A stretch of 64,000 nt of DNA from Pseudomonadales bacterium (GCA_036568505.1 DATCSK010000027.1:8828-72827), one strand, 5' to 3'. Shown: positions 40,127 through 51,616, counted from the stretch's first letter. A program made the numbers and translations. The notes: generated by a model from the sequence alone, not told the origin.

Positions 40127-40738
40127 TTACTGTTTAGCGTAAATGCTTTCGAGCAGCACCACGGTATCTTCCCGACCGCCCGTGCCGCGCCCTACAATCC
40201 GATAATACGTACTCGTGGCATTGCCATCACTGATGCCCACACCGGCGCTGCCCGTGCCTGCCGCAGTCGATGTCATGAGCAGCTCCACCACGTACTGCGG
40301 CTCTTGATACACAAACCAACTGGTATCGGAGGCACCGGCACGCTTCAACGCGGTATTGAGTGCCACCTTATTGCCCTCGGTCGACCAGAAATTGGCCTCC
40401 GTTGCTTTATTCCACCAATCACTGCTGCCCACTTTGTCTTTGATGGCATCACGCGCCCACACATAGCCATCACCGGGCGATGGATCGACGGTGCCATCCG
40501 GTACAGTCAACAACGCCTGCAGCCATGCCTCACCGCCGGCCAAGGCCAGTTCCGCCATTTCAAAGGCAACCTGCTGATCTTGCAGATTACCCACCATCTT
40601 TTCTTGCGTATTGGCTGTGTTCATGGCCGCCACACCGATAAAGGTCAATAGCAGCAACATAACCAATGAAACAATCAGTACCGCACCTTGCTGGCGGCTA
40701 CCGGTGTTGATGTTCTGTGTCATTAATTTATTCATCAT
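40127..40738 (-). CDS. pilX: Minor pilin PilX
   Basis: QQGAVLIVSLVMLLLLTFIG N-terminus typical of PilX, and operon position. Confidence 0.7.
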   Translation of the reverse strand: MMNKLMTQNINTGSRQQGAVLIVSLVMLLLLTFIGVAAMNTANTQEKMVGNLQDQQVAFEMAELALAGGEAWLQALLTVPDGTVDPSPGDGYVWARDAIKDKVGSSDWWNKATEANFWSTEGNKVALNTALKRAGASDTSWFVYQEPQYVVELLMTSTAAGTGSAGVGISDGNATSTYYRIVGRGTGGREDTVVLLESIYAKQ

Positions 40739-40750
40739 TACCTTGCCTGA

Positions 40751-41887
40751 TCAAAATGCACGATTACGAAGCGTAATGGTCTTGGTGAACACCTGGCGCA
40801 CCCGTCGATCGGTCGGCGTGCTGGTGGCGCCGTTGTAAAAAATAGGCATTGGATCCGAGATGATGTTGTCTTCGACGCTGCCCGTCATCACGGTCACGCG
40901 CACACTGACCACCTTTTCCCAGTTCACGGTATCGATTTGCTTGGCCGTGACGTACACATCGGCGGACTGATCAGTGCTGGTATCAACGCCGTACATGATC
41001 TGGATATTTTCAATGCCCTCCACCAGTTCTTGGCCCGCAGCCAAACCACTATTAGTCCCCAGAGCCCGCACAAACAATGACGGCGGGTTCGCGGCATCAT
41101 CGTTGCGACGACCGACGTAATACAGATTGCCTTGCAACACATACACGCCGGCACCGACGGTCACGTTCAGATGCGCTGCGGCGATGTTGCCGGGGGTACA
41201 CCCGGCACTCAAAATGATATTCTTCGTGCTGCTATTGACGTTGCACGCCTGCACCAGGTCGGCTTTTGCGCAGTTATTCAGCAGTAAAATAGAGTCTTGA
41301 GGAATGCTGGATACATCATTTACTGTCAGCACGGTATTGGCGCCCGGTGAAATACCGTCTACCGTCACGCCCATGCCCGCACCGCCCCAGATGCGGAATA
41401 TATCGGAACCCGGCACCGCCTGAATATTGAACGGCGGCACACCGAGCGAATCAGCCCAATCGCCGTTGGTGGTGCTGACGAGCTGATTGGCCGTTAACAA
41501 ATAGGCAAACGGGTATTCCGTGGTCTGTGGCGCGGTGTAATAGGTGTTCTTGTATTCCCAACCTTCAATACCGATATCCGGGTTAAAGGATGCATCGAAA
41601 GAAGCGTCGTTCAATGTGTTATTGATTTTGACATTCTTGGTCATGCAGCCGCTGTAGCCAGCCATCTGGAACTGACGGGTGAGCATGGCCATGGTGAAAC
41701 GGCCATTTTCTTGCAGCAAGGCCATGTTGTCTTGATAGCGGGCATTAATAAAATTGCCCTGAAAAACCTGCACCACGCCGGCCATGATAATCAGACCAAC
41801 CAGCATGGACACCAGCAGCTCGATCAAAGTAAAACCGTGCTGTGCGATCGCGTTGATATTGGGTTTTTTCATCGGTTTCATCCTCAA
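40751..41887 (-). CDS. pilW: Minor pilin PilW
   Basis: HGFTLIELLVSMLVGL prepilin N-terminus, size, and ATGA overlap with pilV. Confidence 0.75.
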   Translation of the reverse strand: MRMKPMKKPNINAIAQHGFTLIELLVSMLVGLIIMAGVVQVFQGNFINARYQDNMALLQENGRFTMAMLTRQFQMAGYSGCMTKNVKINNTLNDASFDASFNPDIGIEGWEYKNTYYTAPQTTEYPFAYLLTANQLVSTTNGDWADSLGVPPFNIQAVPGSDIFRIWGGAGMGVTVDGISPGANTVLTVNDVSSIPQDSILLLNNCAKADLVQACNVNSSTKNIILSAGCTPGNIAAAHLNVTVGAGVYVLQGNLYYVGRRNDDAANPPSLFVRALGTNSGLAAGQELVEGIENIQIMYGVDTSTDQSADVYVTAKQIDTVNWEKVVSVRVTVMTGSVEDNIISDPMPIFYNGATSTPTDRRVRQVFTKTITLRNRAF

Positions 41888-42429
41888 CGCAACGTCACGA
41901 TAACGCGCGGATCGGCTGCGGTAATCGCACCGTCGCGGTTTTCATCCCACCAGATTTTGACCGCAATCAAACCACCGGTCGTCAGCGCGGTGTTATCGCA
42001 TGCTGCGGACGTTCCTTTCGCGCCATCCTGTGGTGTTGCATCCAGGCAAACAATCGACATGTCGTCCACCAATGCCGCACCGCCCGGCAAAGAACGCGCC
42101 ACGGTTTGCTTCCAGTCGTAAAGGTCCCATTGGGACATGGAAGATGTATTGCAGTTATTGCTGCCAATAGTCGCCGACCCCGAGGTCACCACGCAGTTTG
42201 CGTCGCTGGCAGACACCGCATAATAGTTACTGGTTCCGCGGTTGGCGCGAATGCGGTCGGCCATGTCTTCCGCCAGATACGCGGCTTGTGTGCGGTAGTA
42301 GGCCGATTGATTGGAGCGCACACTGGTCGTCAGCAAGGCGGCCATGCCCAGCAGCCCAACGGCCAGAATGAAGAAGGCGATCATCACCTCAAGCAGAGTA
42401 AACCCTTTGTGTGAATTCATTACGGACAT
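41884..42429 (-). CDS. pilV: Minor pilin PilV
   Basis: KGFTLLEVMIAFFIL prepilin N-terminus. An alternative ATG at 42420 overlaps the fimU stop (TAATG). Confidence 0.75.
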   Translation of the reverse strand: MSVMNSHKGFTLLEVMIAFFILAVGLLGMAALLTTSVRSNQSAYYRTQAAYLAEDMADRIRANRGTSNYYAVSASDANCVVTSGSATIGSNNCNTSSMSQWDLYDWKQTVARSLPGGAALVDDMSIVCLDATPQDGAKGTSAACDNTALTTGGLIAVKIWWDENRDGAITAADPRVIVTLR

Positions 42430-42986
42430 GTGTAGGCTACTCCCGCGTTATTTTCATGCACACCGTCCAAATCTGCATCGCGCGAATAACGCACCACGCC
42501 CGACAACTGCACCACCAGACCGCGCGCATATTCCACTTTTTTGGACTCCGGGCAAATGCGCATTTCGGTGGCCGCTGTTGCAGCACCGGATGCATTGAAC
42601 TTCACGCTTGTTGCGGTGGCCGTCACCTTACTGTTGTCGTTATACCCTTGACGCACCATGAATATTTCATCGGCATCCAGCGCGCCGTCTTTGTCTTTAT
42701 CGGCCCATGCCAGTAAACCTTCTTGCCAATCGGCGCCATTGCAACTGGTGCCATTTGAACTGCTGCAAATCGTCACGTCCGTGCGCAAAGTGGTGGCGTG
42801 ATCGCGCGCTTCGCTTAAATTGACACGCATTTCTTTTATACGGGAGCGAATCGAATTGCGCTCGACAGCATCCTTAAAGCTCGGCAATGCCAGCATGAGG
42901 AGAGCGCCCAACAGGGCAATCGTCGTCATCAGCTCGACAATGGTGAAGCCCTTCTGGGAGCTCAATGGTTGTTTTAGGTTACGCAT
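42420..42986 (-). CDS. fimU: GspH/FimU family minor pilin
   Basis: MRNLKQPLSSQKGFTIVELMTTIALLG. First gene of the minor pilin operon. The track start at 43037 is rejected as over-extended. Confidence 0.7.
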   Translation of the reverse strand: MRNLKQPLSSQKGFTIVELMTTIALLGALLMLALPSFKDAVERNSIRSRIKEMRVNLSEARDHATTLRTDVTICSSSNGTSCNGADWQEGLLAWADKDKDGALDADEIFMVRQGYNDNSKVTATATSVKFNASGAATAATEMRICPESKKVEYARGLVVQLSGVVRYSRDADLDGVHENNAGVAYTCP

Positions 42987-43109
42987 CACGGCACATGCAC
43001 CCTGCCAATACTTTTCGGTACTGTAGGTATACGCCACTTATCGTGACTAGCTCAAGGGCTTTCCGACAGGCGGATACGGCGTGGCGATAAGCGGTAACTG
43101 ACTGAAAAA

Positions 43110-44072
43110 TCAGTCAATTGGTGTGAGACGCAGTTCACGCGGCATGGAGAAGCGGATGCTCTCGGCCGCCCCTGACAGCTCAACCGGTTTGGCCGCACCC
43201 ATGGCCTGCAACGCCTCGATGACCTCCTGAACCAGCACTTCCGGGGCGGACGCCCCGGCGGTCACACCAATCGCCGTCTTGCCCGCGAGCCATTCCGGCT
43301 TAATATCTTCAGCAGAATCAATAAGATAGCTGTCTATTCCGGCGCGAAGCGCCAATTCGCGCAGGCGGTTGGAGTTGGAGCTATTGGGCGATCCCACCAC
43401 CAGCACCACATCGCAATCGGCGGTCAGCGCTTTGACCGCATCTTGCCGGTTTTGGGTGGCATAGCAGATATCGTCCTTGCGCGGGCCTTCAATGCGCGGA
43501 AACCGGCTGCGCAACGCCTCGATCACCCGGGCGGTATCGTCTACCGACAGGGTGGTTTGGGTGACGTAGGCCAAATGCGCCGGGTCGCGCACTGCCAGCG
43601 TTGCGACATCGGCCTCGCTTTCGACCAGGTAAATCGCCCCGCCCTGACTCATGTCGTAACGCCCCATGGTGCCTTCGACCTCGGGGTGGCCGGCATGGCC
43701 AATCAGAATGCATTCGCGGCCTTCGGCGCTATACCGCAACACCTCGAGATGCACCTTGGTCACCAGCGGGCAGGTGGCATCAAATACCTTGAGATCGCGA
43801 CGGGCGGCTTCATCCTGCACGGCACGCGAGACGCCGTGGGCACTGAAAATAACGATGGTGCCATCGGGCACTTCATGCAATTCGTCGATAAAAATCGCAC
43901 CGCGCTCACGCAGGCTGTCAACCACAAAGCGGTTATGCACCACTTCATGGCGCACATAAATGGGGGCGCCAAAGACATCGAGCGCACGGTTGACGATATC
44001 AATCGCGCGATCGACACCGGCACAGAAACCGCGCGGATTCGCCAGCTTGATGGGAACGGGTTGTTGACTCAT
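43110..44072 (-). CDS. ispH: 4-hydroxy-3-methylbut-2-enyl diphosphate reductase
   Basis: [18 protein letters not shown]-terminus with the first cluster Cys. Conserved operon ribF-ileS-lspA-fkpB-ispH. Confidence 0.93.
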   Translation of the reverse strand: MSQQPVPIKLANPRGFCAGVDRAIDIVNRALDVFGAPIYVRHEVVHNRFVVDSLRERGAIFIDELHEVPDGTIVIFSAHGVSRAVQDEAARRDLKVFDATCPLVTKVHLEVLRYSAEGRECILIGHAGHPEVEGTMGRYDMSQGGAIYLVESEADVATLAVRDPAHLAYVTQTTLSVDDTARVIEALRSRFPRIEGPRKDDICYATQNRQDAVKALTADCDVVLVVGSPNSSNSNRLRELALRAGIDSYLIDSAEDIKPEWLAGKTAIGVTAGASAPEVLVQEVIEALQAMGAAKPVELSGAAESIRFSMPRELRLTPID

Positions 44073-44509
44073 GCTGCGGGTGCCTCGACTGCAATAATAT
44101 CCACGTCAAACGCCATGCTACGCCCCGCCAGCGGGTGATTGAAGTCGACCGTGACCTCGCGATCATCGATGCCGACCACCACGCCCGGCAAGGAATGCCC
44201 GCCCTGATCGGCAAAATCGACCATCAAACCGGGCTCCAACGCCAACCCGACAAAACGCGCACGCGGTACGCGCTGCAGATTCTCGGGCCGGTGGGGACCG
44301 AACGCATCTTCTGCGGCCATTGCGATGCGTTTTTGCTCGCCCGCTGTCATGCCGATCAACACGGCTTCAAAACCGGGCAACAAACTGCCATCGCCAACCA
44401 CCAGCGTTCCCGGTGCGCGATCAACGGTGGACTCCACAACGTCACCGTTCTCCAGCGTGAGCGTGAAATGCAAGGTGACGCGGCTACCCTGTGTGATGCG
44501 CTCACTCAC
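44069..44509 (-). CDS. fkpB: FKBP-type peptidyl-prolyl isomerase
   Basis: FKBP fold sequence [25 protein letters not shown] start overlaps the lspA stop. About 146 aa. ATGA overlap with ispH. Confidence 0.8.
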   Translation of the reverse strand: MSERITQGSRVTLHFTLTLENGDVVESTVDRAPGTLVVGDGSLLPGFEAVLIGMTAGEQKRIAMAAEDAFGPHRPENLQRVPRARFVGLALEPGLMVDFADQGGHSLPGVVVGIDDREVTVDFNHPLAGRSMAFDVDIIAVEAPAA

Positions 44510-44993
44510 GGCGCGGCTCCGTCGGCTTCTCCAAAATGGCGTGCAGCAACACAATGGCAGCACCCGTGCTAATGGCGGCATCGGCCACATTGAATGCCGG
44601 CCAGTAATGCACGCCCCAATGCGCTGAAATAAAATCGACCACGTGTCCGAGCACGATACGGTCGTACAGATTACCGATCGCGCCGCCTAAAATCAGCGCC
44701 AATGCCAACGGCATGGCCACCGCAGGGCGCGGCAACTTGGCAATCCAGCCCGCCAGAATCACGCTGGCGATGGTGGCTATCAAGGCAAAAAACCAACGCT
44801 GCCAGCCGCCTGCCTCACTCAAAAAACTGAATGCCGCGCCGCGGTTGTACACCAAGGTAATGTCCAGAAACGGCGTGATCTCATTCGGCACACCGTACAC
44901 CAAGGCCGAAACGGCCCATTGCTTGCTGAACCAGTCGGCCGCAAACACCGCGACAGCCAGCGCATACCAGCGCCATAAGCGAAGGTCGCGCAT
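44502..44993 (-). CDS. lspA: Lipoprotein signal peptidase II
   Basis: FLDITLVYNRGAAFSFL and WPAFNVADAAIS catalytic Asp regions. Confidence 0.9.
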   Translation of the reverse strand: MRDLRLWRWYALAVAVFAADWFSKQWAVSALVYGVPNEITPFLDITLVYNRGAAFSFLSEAGGWQRWFFALIATIASVILAGWIAKLPRPAVAMPLALALILGGAIGNLYDRIVLGHVVDFISAHWGVHYWPAFNVADAAISTGAAIVLLHAILEKPTEPRRE

Positions 44994-47800
44994 CAGGCAA
45001 ACCGCCGGGCTTCACCGGGCCCTTCAATATTGCTGATGCAACGCCCGCACAACTCCGGATGCGCGGCATGAGCGCCGACATCGGCCCGATGATGCCAGCA
45101 GCGCACGCACTTGGTGTGTGCGCTCGCCGCCACACTGACTTTCAAACCGGACAACTCGGTTGCTGAAGCCCCTGCCCCTTCGGTCAACGGTTTTAATATC
45201 GCTTCCGAGGTGATCAACACAAACCGCAATTCATCCCCCAGCTGATCGAGCAACACACGCAAGGCGTCATCCACATACAAGGTGGCCTCGGCCGACAAAC
45301 CGCCACCGATCACGCCATCGGCACGGCGCGTTTCGATTTCTTTATTGACGGCCGTTTTTACCGCCAGAATGTGCTTCCAGTAACCGGCATTCATCGCCTC
45401 ATTGTCGGCCATGCGCGGCAAGTGTTCGTAGGCGGTTTCCAGAAACACCGACTCACTGCGCTCGCCGGGCAAGCATTGCCACAGTTCATCGGCGGTGAAA
45501 CTTAAAATCGGTGCCATCCAGCGCACCAGCGCTTCGGCAATGTGATACAAGGCGGTTTGCGCCGAGCGGCGCGGCTGACTGTCGGCACCGGTGGTGTACT
45601 GGCGGTCTTTAATAATATCGAGATAAAAGCCACCCAGATCCACCACGCAAAAGTGGTGCAGTTTTTGGTAAACCTGATGGAATTGATAATCGTCGTAGGC
45701 AGCCATCAATTCATCTTGCAATCGCGCGGCACGATCCATCGCCCAGCGATCGAGTGCGACCATCTGCGCAGGCGCCAATGCATCGGTGGCCGGATCAAAC
45801 CCGGCCAGATTCGACAGCAAAAAGCGCGCCGTGTTGCGAATGCGCCGGTACGAATCGGCCGTGCGCTTAAAAATCTCGTCGGAGACGGTCATCTCGGCAC
45901 GGTAATCGGTGGCCGCAACCCACAGACGCAAGATGTCGGCACCCAATGTCTTCATCACTTGCTGCGGCGCAACCACGTTGCCTTGTGATTTCGACATTTT
46001 TTTACCGTCGGCATCGACGGTAAAACCGTGCGTGAGCACGGCTTTATACGGCGCAGTCCCGTTCATGGCGACCGCCGTTAACAACGATGACTGAAACCAG
46101 CCGCGATGCTGATCGGAGCCTTCAAGGTATAAATCAGCGGGATAATGCAGGCCTTCGCGCTGCTCCAGCACACACGCATGCGTCACGCCGGAATCGAACC
46201 AGACATCCAGCGTGTCGGTGACCTTGTCGTAATCGGCCGCCTCATCACCCAGCCATTCGTCAGCAGCCATGCCAAACCAGCCGTCGATGCCTTGCTGCTC
46301 GATACGCAGCGCGACCTGCTCGATCAATTCGGCCGTTCGCGGATGCAACTCTGCCGTTTGTTTGTGCACAAACAACGTGATCGGCACCCCCCAGGTACGC
46401 TGGCGCGAGATGCACCAGTCGGGACGGTTTTGCGTCATGGCATCAATGCGGGCGCGACCCCACGACGGCATCCAGCGCACGCCATCAATGGCAGTCAATG
46501 CCTGCTTGAGCAAACCGGCTTGCTGCATGCTGATAAACCACTGCGGCGTGGCACGAAAAATCACCGGCGTTTTATGCCGCCAGCAATGCGGATAACTGTG
46601 TTGCAGTGTTTCGTGATGCACGAGCGCGCCTTCGGCCTCCAATACCTCAAGCACCGCGTCGTTCGCTTTAAACACATGCAGGCCGGCAAAGCGCTCGGTA
46701 TCGGGCAGGAACACGCCATTACCACCCACCGGGTTGTAGACTTCCAAGCCGTAACGCTGACCTACGATAAAGTCATCGGTACCGTGACCGGGCGCGGTGT
46801 GCACGCAACCGGTGCCGGCTTCGGTCGTCACGTGATCGCCGAGAATAATAGGGACTTCGCGCGCATAAAACGGATGTTGCAAGCGGTGCTGCTCAAGCGC
46901 CACTCCCTTGCAGCGGCCGGCAATGGCGTACTCGGCCACGCCGTAGCGTTTCATGGCCGATTCAAGCAAGGCTTCGGCTAACACCAGGTATTCGCGACCG
47001 GTATCGACCAACACATAATCCAGATCGGGGTTCACTGCAACCGCCTGATTGGCCGGCAGCGTCCACGGCGTGGTGGTCCAAATCACAACCGATGCACGCG
47101 TGTGCGTGGGCGCCTCGACATGAAACGCCGCGCACAAATCGGCTACATGGACCGCCGGAAAACGCACATCGATGGCCGGTGACGTTTTATCTTGGTATTC
47201 GACTTCGGCTTCGGCCAAGGCCGACGCGCAATCCATGCACCAATGCACGGGCTTGAAGCCTTTGTGCAAATGACCGTTCGCCACGATGCGCCCCAAGGAG
47301 CGAACGATATTCGCCTCGAATGCATAATCCATGGTGAGGTACGGTTTATCCCAGTCACCGAACACGCCCAGACGTATAAAATCGGCTTTCTGTTTTTCAA
47401 CCTGCGATGCTGCGTATTCACGGCACTTATTACGAAACACTTCTGCGCTGACTTTATCGCCGGCTTTGCCAACTTTTTTCTCGACGTTCAATTCAATCGG
47501 CAGACCGTGGCAATCCCAGCCCGGCACATACGGCGCATCAAAGCCGGCCAGACTGCGTGATTTCACGATCATGTCTTTCAGGATTTTATTCACGGCATGG
47601 CCAATATGAATATCGCCGTTCGCATACGGCGGGCCGTCGTGCAAAATAAACGGCTTGGCGCCCTGACGTGCTTTGCGAATACGCTGATACAGCTCCAGCG
47701 ACTGCCAACGCTCCAGCATGGCCGGCTCACGCTGCGCCAGATTGGCCTTCATCGGAAAATCCGTTGCCGGCAAATTCAATGTCTGTTTGTAATCCGTCAT
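44993..47800 (-). CDS. ileS: Isoleucyl-tRNA synthetase
   Basis: HIGH motif in [20 protein letters not shown] motif in KKMSKSQGN, and a C-terminal Zn-finger CVRCWHH...CGRC. Confidence 0.97.
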   Translation of the reverse strand: MTDYKQTLNLPATDFPMKANLAQREPAMLERWQSLELYQRIRKARQGAKPFILHDGPPYANGDIHIGHAVNKILKDMIVKSRSLAGFDAPYVPGWDCHGLPIELNVEKKVGKAGDKVSAEVFRNKCREYAASQVEKQKADFIRLGVFGDWDKPYLTMDYAFEANIVRSLGRIVANGHLHKGFKPVHWCMDCASALAEAEVEYQDKTSPAIDVRFPAVHVADLCAAFHVEAPTHTRASVVIWTTTPWTLPANQAVAVNPDLDYVLVDTGREYLVLAEALLESAMKRYGVAEYAIAGRCKGVALEQHRLQHPFYAREVPIILGDHVTTEAGTGCVHTAPGHGTDDFIVGQRYGLEVYNPVGGNGVFLPDTERFAGLHVFKANDAVLEVLEAEGALVHHETLQHSYPHCWRHKTPVIFRATPQWFISMQQAGLLKQALTAIDGVRWMPSWGRARIDAMTQNRPDWCISRQRTWGVPITLFVHKQTAELHPRTAELIEQVALRIEQQGIDGWFGMAADEWLGDEAADYDKVTDTLDVWFDSGVTHACVLEQREGLHYPADLYLEGSDQHRGWFQSSLLTAVAMNGTAPYKAVLTHGFTVDADGKKMSKSQGNVVAPQQVMKTLGADILRLWVAATDYRAEMTVSDEIFKRTADSYRRIRNTARFLLSNLAGFDPATDALAPAQMVALDRWAMDRAARLQDELMAAYDDYQFHQVYQKLHHFCVVDLGGFYLDIIKDRQYTTGADSQPRRSAQTALYHIAEALVRWMAPILSFTADELWQCLPGERSESVFLETAYEHLPRMADNEAMNAGYWKHILAVKTAVNKEIETRRADGVIGGGLSAEATLYVDDALRVLLDQLGDELRFVLITSEAILKPLTEGAGASATELSGLKVSVAASAHTKCVRCWHHRADVGAHAAHPELCGRCISNIEGPGEARRFA

Positions 47801-47815
47801 GCCAATCCTGTTGTG

Positions 47816-48748
47816 TTAGTGCTGTTCAAACCATGCGCGCGCTGACGCAATGTCTTTTGTAATCTGGACTTTCAAATCGTCCAGCGAATCAAACTTTTGT
47901 TCGTTGCGCATTTTCTTGCGAAAAAACACCTCGATGCGTTTGCCATAAATGGTGCGGTCGAAATCCAGCAGATGCACTTCGAGTATCGCCTTCACCCTGT
48001 CATCGACTGTCGGCCGCGTACCCACATTGGCCACGCCGGCCATCAAACCCGCACCCAAACCGGCCACCTCCACCGCATACACGCCCGACATGGCGGCTCG
48101 CAGGCGGTGCAATTGCAGATTGGCTGTCGGGGCACCCAAGGTGCGCCCCAATTGCTGACCGTAAACCACTTTGCCCGAAATCGCATAGGGCCTGCCCAGC
48201 AAGCGCTCGGCCATCGCAAAATCGCCGGCCTCCAGCGCCTTGCGAATGCGCGTACTGCTCACCCGCTCGCCGTCCACTTCACAGGTGTCGGCATCGGTCA
48301 CTTCAAAACCCCAACGCTGCCCGGCAGCCTGCAGCACATTGAAATCACCTTCACGATCACGCCCGAAACGAAGATCGTCACCGGCCATCATGAACTGGAT
48401 ATCAAGCCCTTCAACAAACACCTGCTGAATAAAATCATCGGCCGACATTTGGCTAAAACGGTCATCAAAACCAATGCGCAAGACCCGATCAACGCCCAGC
48501 TCACGCAGTGCAACAAACTTTTCACGGAAACTCATTAGCCGTGCCGGTGAACGCACCGGTGCAAAGTATTCGCGCGGCAAGGGTTCGAACACGATCACGG
48601 TGGTGGGCAGCCCTCGCGCCTGCCCTTCGGCCTCAAGATGCGCCAATACCCGCTGATGCCCTTTGTGCAGACCGTCGAACGCGCCGATGGTCGCCACACA
48701 GCCCCGATGCCGGGGGCGCAGGTTATGCAAACCGCGAATCAGCTCCAT
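47816..48748 (-). CDS. ribF: Bifunctional riboflavin kinase / FMN adenylyltransferase
   Basis: CVATIGAFDGLHKGHQ. Start set at MELIRGLHNL. The 99 aa N-terminal extension in the track is rejected. Confidence 0.92.
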   Translation of the reverse strand: MELIRGLHNLRPRHRGCVATIGAFDGLHKGHQRVLAHLEAEGQARGLPTTVIVFEPLPREYFAPVRSPARLMSFREKFVALRELGVDRVLRIGFDDRFSQMSADDFIQQVFVEGLDIQFMMAGDDLRFGRDREGDFNVLQAAGQRWGFEVTDADTCEVDGERVSSTRIRKALEAGDFAMAERLLGRPYAISGKVVYGQQLGRTLGAPTANLQLHRLRAAMSGVYAVEVAGLGAGLMAGVANVGTRPTVDDRVKAILEVHLLDFDRTIYGKRIEVFFRKKMRNEQKFDSLDDLKVQITKDIASARAWFEQH

Positions 48749-48813
48749 GGGCACCCAAGACCGTGAAAAGCCGCGATTATAACGCAGCCGACCCCGTACG
48801 GTCAGGCGCCCAT

Positions 48814-50400
48814 TCAGGCGTGACGACGAAAATCGGTGAGCCGGAAGCCGGCCAAACGCAGACCGGCAAAATACACCAGCACGCCTGCCACACAAATACC
48901 CAGCAAACGCGCCACGCGGTGATGCCAATCCCACGTAAACCATTGCTCCATCGCCGGCGTCATCCACAGAATCACGGCAGCCATCAACAGCGTCACCGCC
49001 GCCATGCGCACCACCGAGCCCCGGTATTGCACGGGCCAGCGCCACACGCCCTGCTCACGCAGGCGCTTCCAGAGCAGGCCGGCATTCAGGAATGCCGCTG
49101 CCGAGGTGGCCAGGGCCAGGCCCATATGACCCAACTGAAAGCAGTAATGCAGCGGTACGACAAACAACAGGTTCATCACCATATTGGCAATCATGGCGCG
49201 AATACCGATACCGACCGGGGTGCGCGTGTCCTGACGCGCATAAAACCCGGGCGCCAAGACTTTCACCAGCATGAACGCGGTCAGCCCCAAGGTGTATGCC
49301 CGTAAACTCCAGCCGGCCATCACCACGTCGTGCGGTGTGGTGCGGTGATACTGAAACAAGGTGGCAATGATCGGCTCCGACAGCAAAAAGAGCGCTGCCG
49401 TCGCCGGCAAGGCAATCAACATCACACCACGCACCCCCCACGCCAACGTGTCACCAAACACATCGGCCGACTGTGTGGCATGCGTGCGCGACAAGCTTGG
49501 CAACACCACCGTGGCAATCGCAATACCGAACACACCCAAGGGCAACTCGGTCAGGCGATCGGAATAATAGAGCCAGGAAATGCTGCCCGTCGGCAACAGC
49601 GAGGCCAGCATGGTATCGAGCAGCAAATTGATTTGACTGACGGACACTCCAAACATGGCCGGAATCATCAAGGTCAGCACACGCTTGACGCCGGGGTGCT
49701 GCCAGTCGGCGCGCGGACGCGGCAATAAACTGATGCGCGCCAAAAACGGCATCTGGAATGCCAGCTGCACGGCACCGGCGAGCAACACCGACCACGCCAG
49801 CACCAGTACCGGTTGCGCACTGTAACGCACGCCCAATACCACACCGGCCATCAAGCAAATATTCAACCAGACCGGAGTGAATGCCGGTATGGCAAAACGG
49901 CCGTAGCTGTTTAAAACAGCGCTGGCAAAAGCTGTTAATGAAATCAGCAGCAAATACGGGAAGGTGATTTGCAACATGCGACTGGTCAAGGCAAACAGTT
50001 CATCGTTACCGACAAAGCCCGGCGCAAACACGGCGGTGATCACCGGCGCACCCACCACGGCAATCGCCGTCATCAGCATCAAAATCAAGCCCAGGGTGCC
50101 GGAGACGGCATTCACCAACAGCTGCACTTCTGCCAGGCTGGCCTTGGCACGGTACTCCGACAGCACGGGTATAAACGCTTGTGAAAAAGCGCCCTCTGCA
50201 AACAGCCGACGCAAGAAATTGGGGATACGAAACGCCACGAAGAAGGCATCGGTGACGGCGCTAACGCCCAGCAGGTTGGCAAACAGGATGTCGCGCGCCA
50301 GACCCAGCACGCGTGACAGCATGGTCATGACGCTGACGGTGGCACCGGAGCGGAGCAGGCCTACCGGCTTGTTATCGGGTGCGGCATCACTCACGCGCAT
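48814..50400 (-). CDS. murJ: Lipid II flippase MurJ
   Basis: SVMTMLSRVLGLARD N-terminus and about 14 TM helices. Confidence 0.9.
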   Translation of the reverse strand: MRVSDAAPDNKPVGLLRSGATVSVMTMLSRVLGLARDILFANLLGVSAVTDAFFVAFRIPNFLRRLFAEGAFSQAFIPVLSEYRAKASLAEVQLLVNAVSGTLGLILMLMTAIAVVGAPVITAVFAPGFVGNDELFALTSRMLQITFPYLLLISLTAFASAVLNSYGRFAIPAFTPVWLNICLMAGVVLGVRYSAQPVLVLAWSVLLAGAVQLAFQMPFLARISLLPRPRADWQHPGVKRVLTLMIPAMFGVSVSQINLLLDTMLASLLPTGSISWLYYSDRLTELPLGVFGIAIATVVLPSLSRTHATQSADVFGDTLAWGVRGVMLIALPATAALFLLSEPIIATLFQYHRTTPHDVVMAGWSLRAYTLGLTAFMLVKVLAPGFYARQDTRTPVGIGIRAMIANMVMNLLFVVPLHYCFQLGHMGLALATSAAAFLNAGLLWKRLREQGVWRWPVQYRGSVVRMAAVTLLMAAVILWMTPAMEQWFTWDWHHRVARLLGICVAGVLVYFAGLRLAGFRLTDFRRHA

Positions 50401-50446
50401 GCTTCCTGCCAGAAAGGCGTCAGTGTAGCGGTAGCCTGCATGAGCG

Positions 50447-50992
50447 TCACCTGCTCACTGCCGGGGAAGCGGCCAATCGCCATGACTGCAGCAGCGTATA
50501 ACGCACACCGTCGGGATGACTGTCGCTGCGAAACAAAACCAGCTGTTCAATCGCCATGGTGTGCACCAACGCGCCCGCCTCCCACGAGACCGGGCAGGTC
50601 TGCCGCACCCGGGCCAGACTGATATGCGGCCGGTACGCACTGGCGTCGGCGACCATACCGGCTGCTTGCAAGGCCCGCACCACGCGCTGCTGCCATGCCA
50701 GCAAGGCCGGGCACGCTGCCGGCAACCATGCCAGCACACGCGGCTGCGCGGCCGAAGGAAACCAATCCAGCGCTTGCCAACGCACCGACAAGACCGCTTG
50801 TGCGGCAACGATGGGCGCCATGGCGCGATCCATCACCGAGACCGCATCGTCTGTAATGTGGCCTAAAAACACCACCGTCATGTGCAGGTTGTCGTCGGCC
50901 ACCCAACGCATGCCCGGTGATTGCCGTGCCCGCCACTGCCGCACCGCATCGCAGCCGGACTCGCTGACGCGAACACCCAAAAAGGCTCTCAT
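50447..50992 (-). CDS. thpR: RNA 2',3'-cyclic phosphodiesterase (2H family, ThpR/LigT)
   Basis: Two HxT/S motifs, LHMTVVFLG and RPHISLAR. The ATG overlaps the nudF stop (ATGA). Confidence 0.75.
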   Translation of the reverse strand: MRAFLGVRVSESGCDAVRQWRARQSPGMRWVADDNLHMTVVFLGHITDDAVSVMDRAMAPIVAAQAVLSVRWQALDWFPSAAQPRVLAWLPAACPALLAWQQRVVRALQAAGMVADASAYRPHISLARVRQTCPVSWEAGALVHTMAIEQLVLFRSDSHPDGVRYTLLQSWRLAASPAVSR

Positions 50993-51612
50993 GCGCTCCA
51001 CGCATCATGCACCAGTGCCTGATTCAATAGCAGCCACTGCAAGGCCACGGCGGTATGGACGTTACGCACCGATCCTTCGGCCAGTAACGCGGCAACATCC
51101 GCCAAAGCCATCACGTGCACACGAATGTCCTCATGCGCTTCAGCCAGACCGTGAATGCCGCCCGCATCAGTGGCATCGACGCGCCCGCAAAAGAGCATCA
51201 GTTGTTCACTGCTGCCACCGGGGCTGCTGTAATAACGGCCGATGGGCCACAGCGCAGTCACGCGTAAACCGGCTTCTTCTTGCGCTTCACGTTGTGCGAC
51301 ATCAATGTCGGTCTCGCCGGCTTCGACAATCCCGGCCACCAGCTCCAGTAGCCAGGGCGATTGGCTATCACGCACCGCGCCCACACGGAATTGCTCAATC
51401 AAGACCACGCATTGGCGATGCGGGTCATACAGCAGCACGCCCACGGCATCGTCACGCTCAAATAATTCCCGTGTGATGTCAGGCGACTGACCGCCCGCAA
51501 ACAAGGCATGCCGAAGGCGCAAACGACGGATACGAAAAAAACCGTCGTACGCCAGACCATCGGCCAGTAATTGGCAATCGGAGGCTGTCAATGTGGGTCG
51601 AAAGACCGCCAT
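50989..51612 (-). CDS. nudF: ADP-ribose pyrophosphatase (Nudix)
   Basis: Nudix box GIVEAGETDIDVAQREAQEEAGL. About 207 aa, as for NudF. Confidence 0.75.
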   Translation of the reverse strand: MAVFRPTLTASDCQLLADGLAYDGFFRIRRLRLRHALFAGGQSPDITRELFERDDAVGVLLYDPHRQCVVLIEQFRVGAVRDSQSPWLLELVAGIVEAGETDIDVAQREAQEEAGLRVTALWPIGRYYSSPGGSSEQLMLFCGRVDATDAGGIHGLAEAHEDIRVHVMALADVAALLAEGSVRNVHTAVALQWLLLNQALVHDAWSA

Positions 51613-51616
51613 ACAC

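Noticed and set aside
39686-40651. 321-aa plus-strand ORF with a striking acidic repeat (EEPDELEVDELVEE...)
   Set aside because: It is the antisense reading of the pilY1 Ser-rich repeat and of pilX. PilY1 and PilX have clear family motifs on the minus strand, and the ORF has no RBS or independent support.
42987-43037. Sigma-54-like TGGCAG...ATGTGC just upstream of fimU, and the longer track start for fimU
   Set aside because: The -12 element does not match TTGC, and the site would place the transcription start on the ATG. The extended N-terminus would put 17 extra residues in front of a normal prepilin leader.
43038-43109. Recurrent CTTATC and GCCAC half-motifs between ispH and fimU that looked like an inverted repeat
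   Set aside because: The halves are in permuted order, so they do not form a hairpin or a clean palindrome. I cannot assign them to a known regulator.
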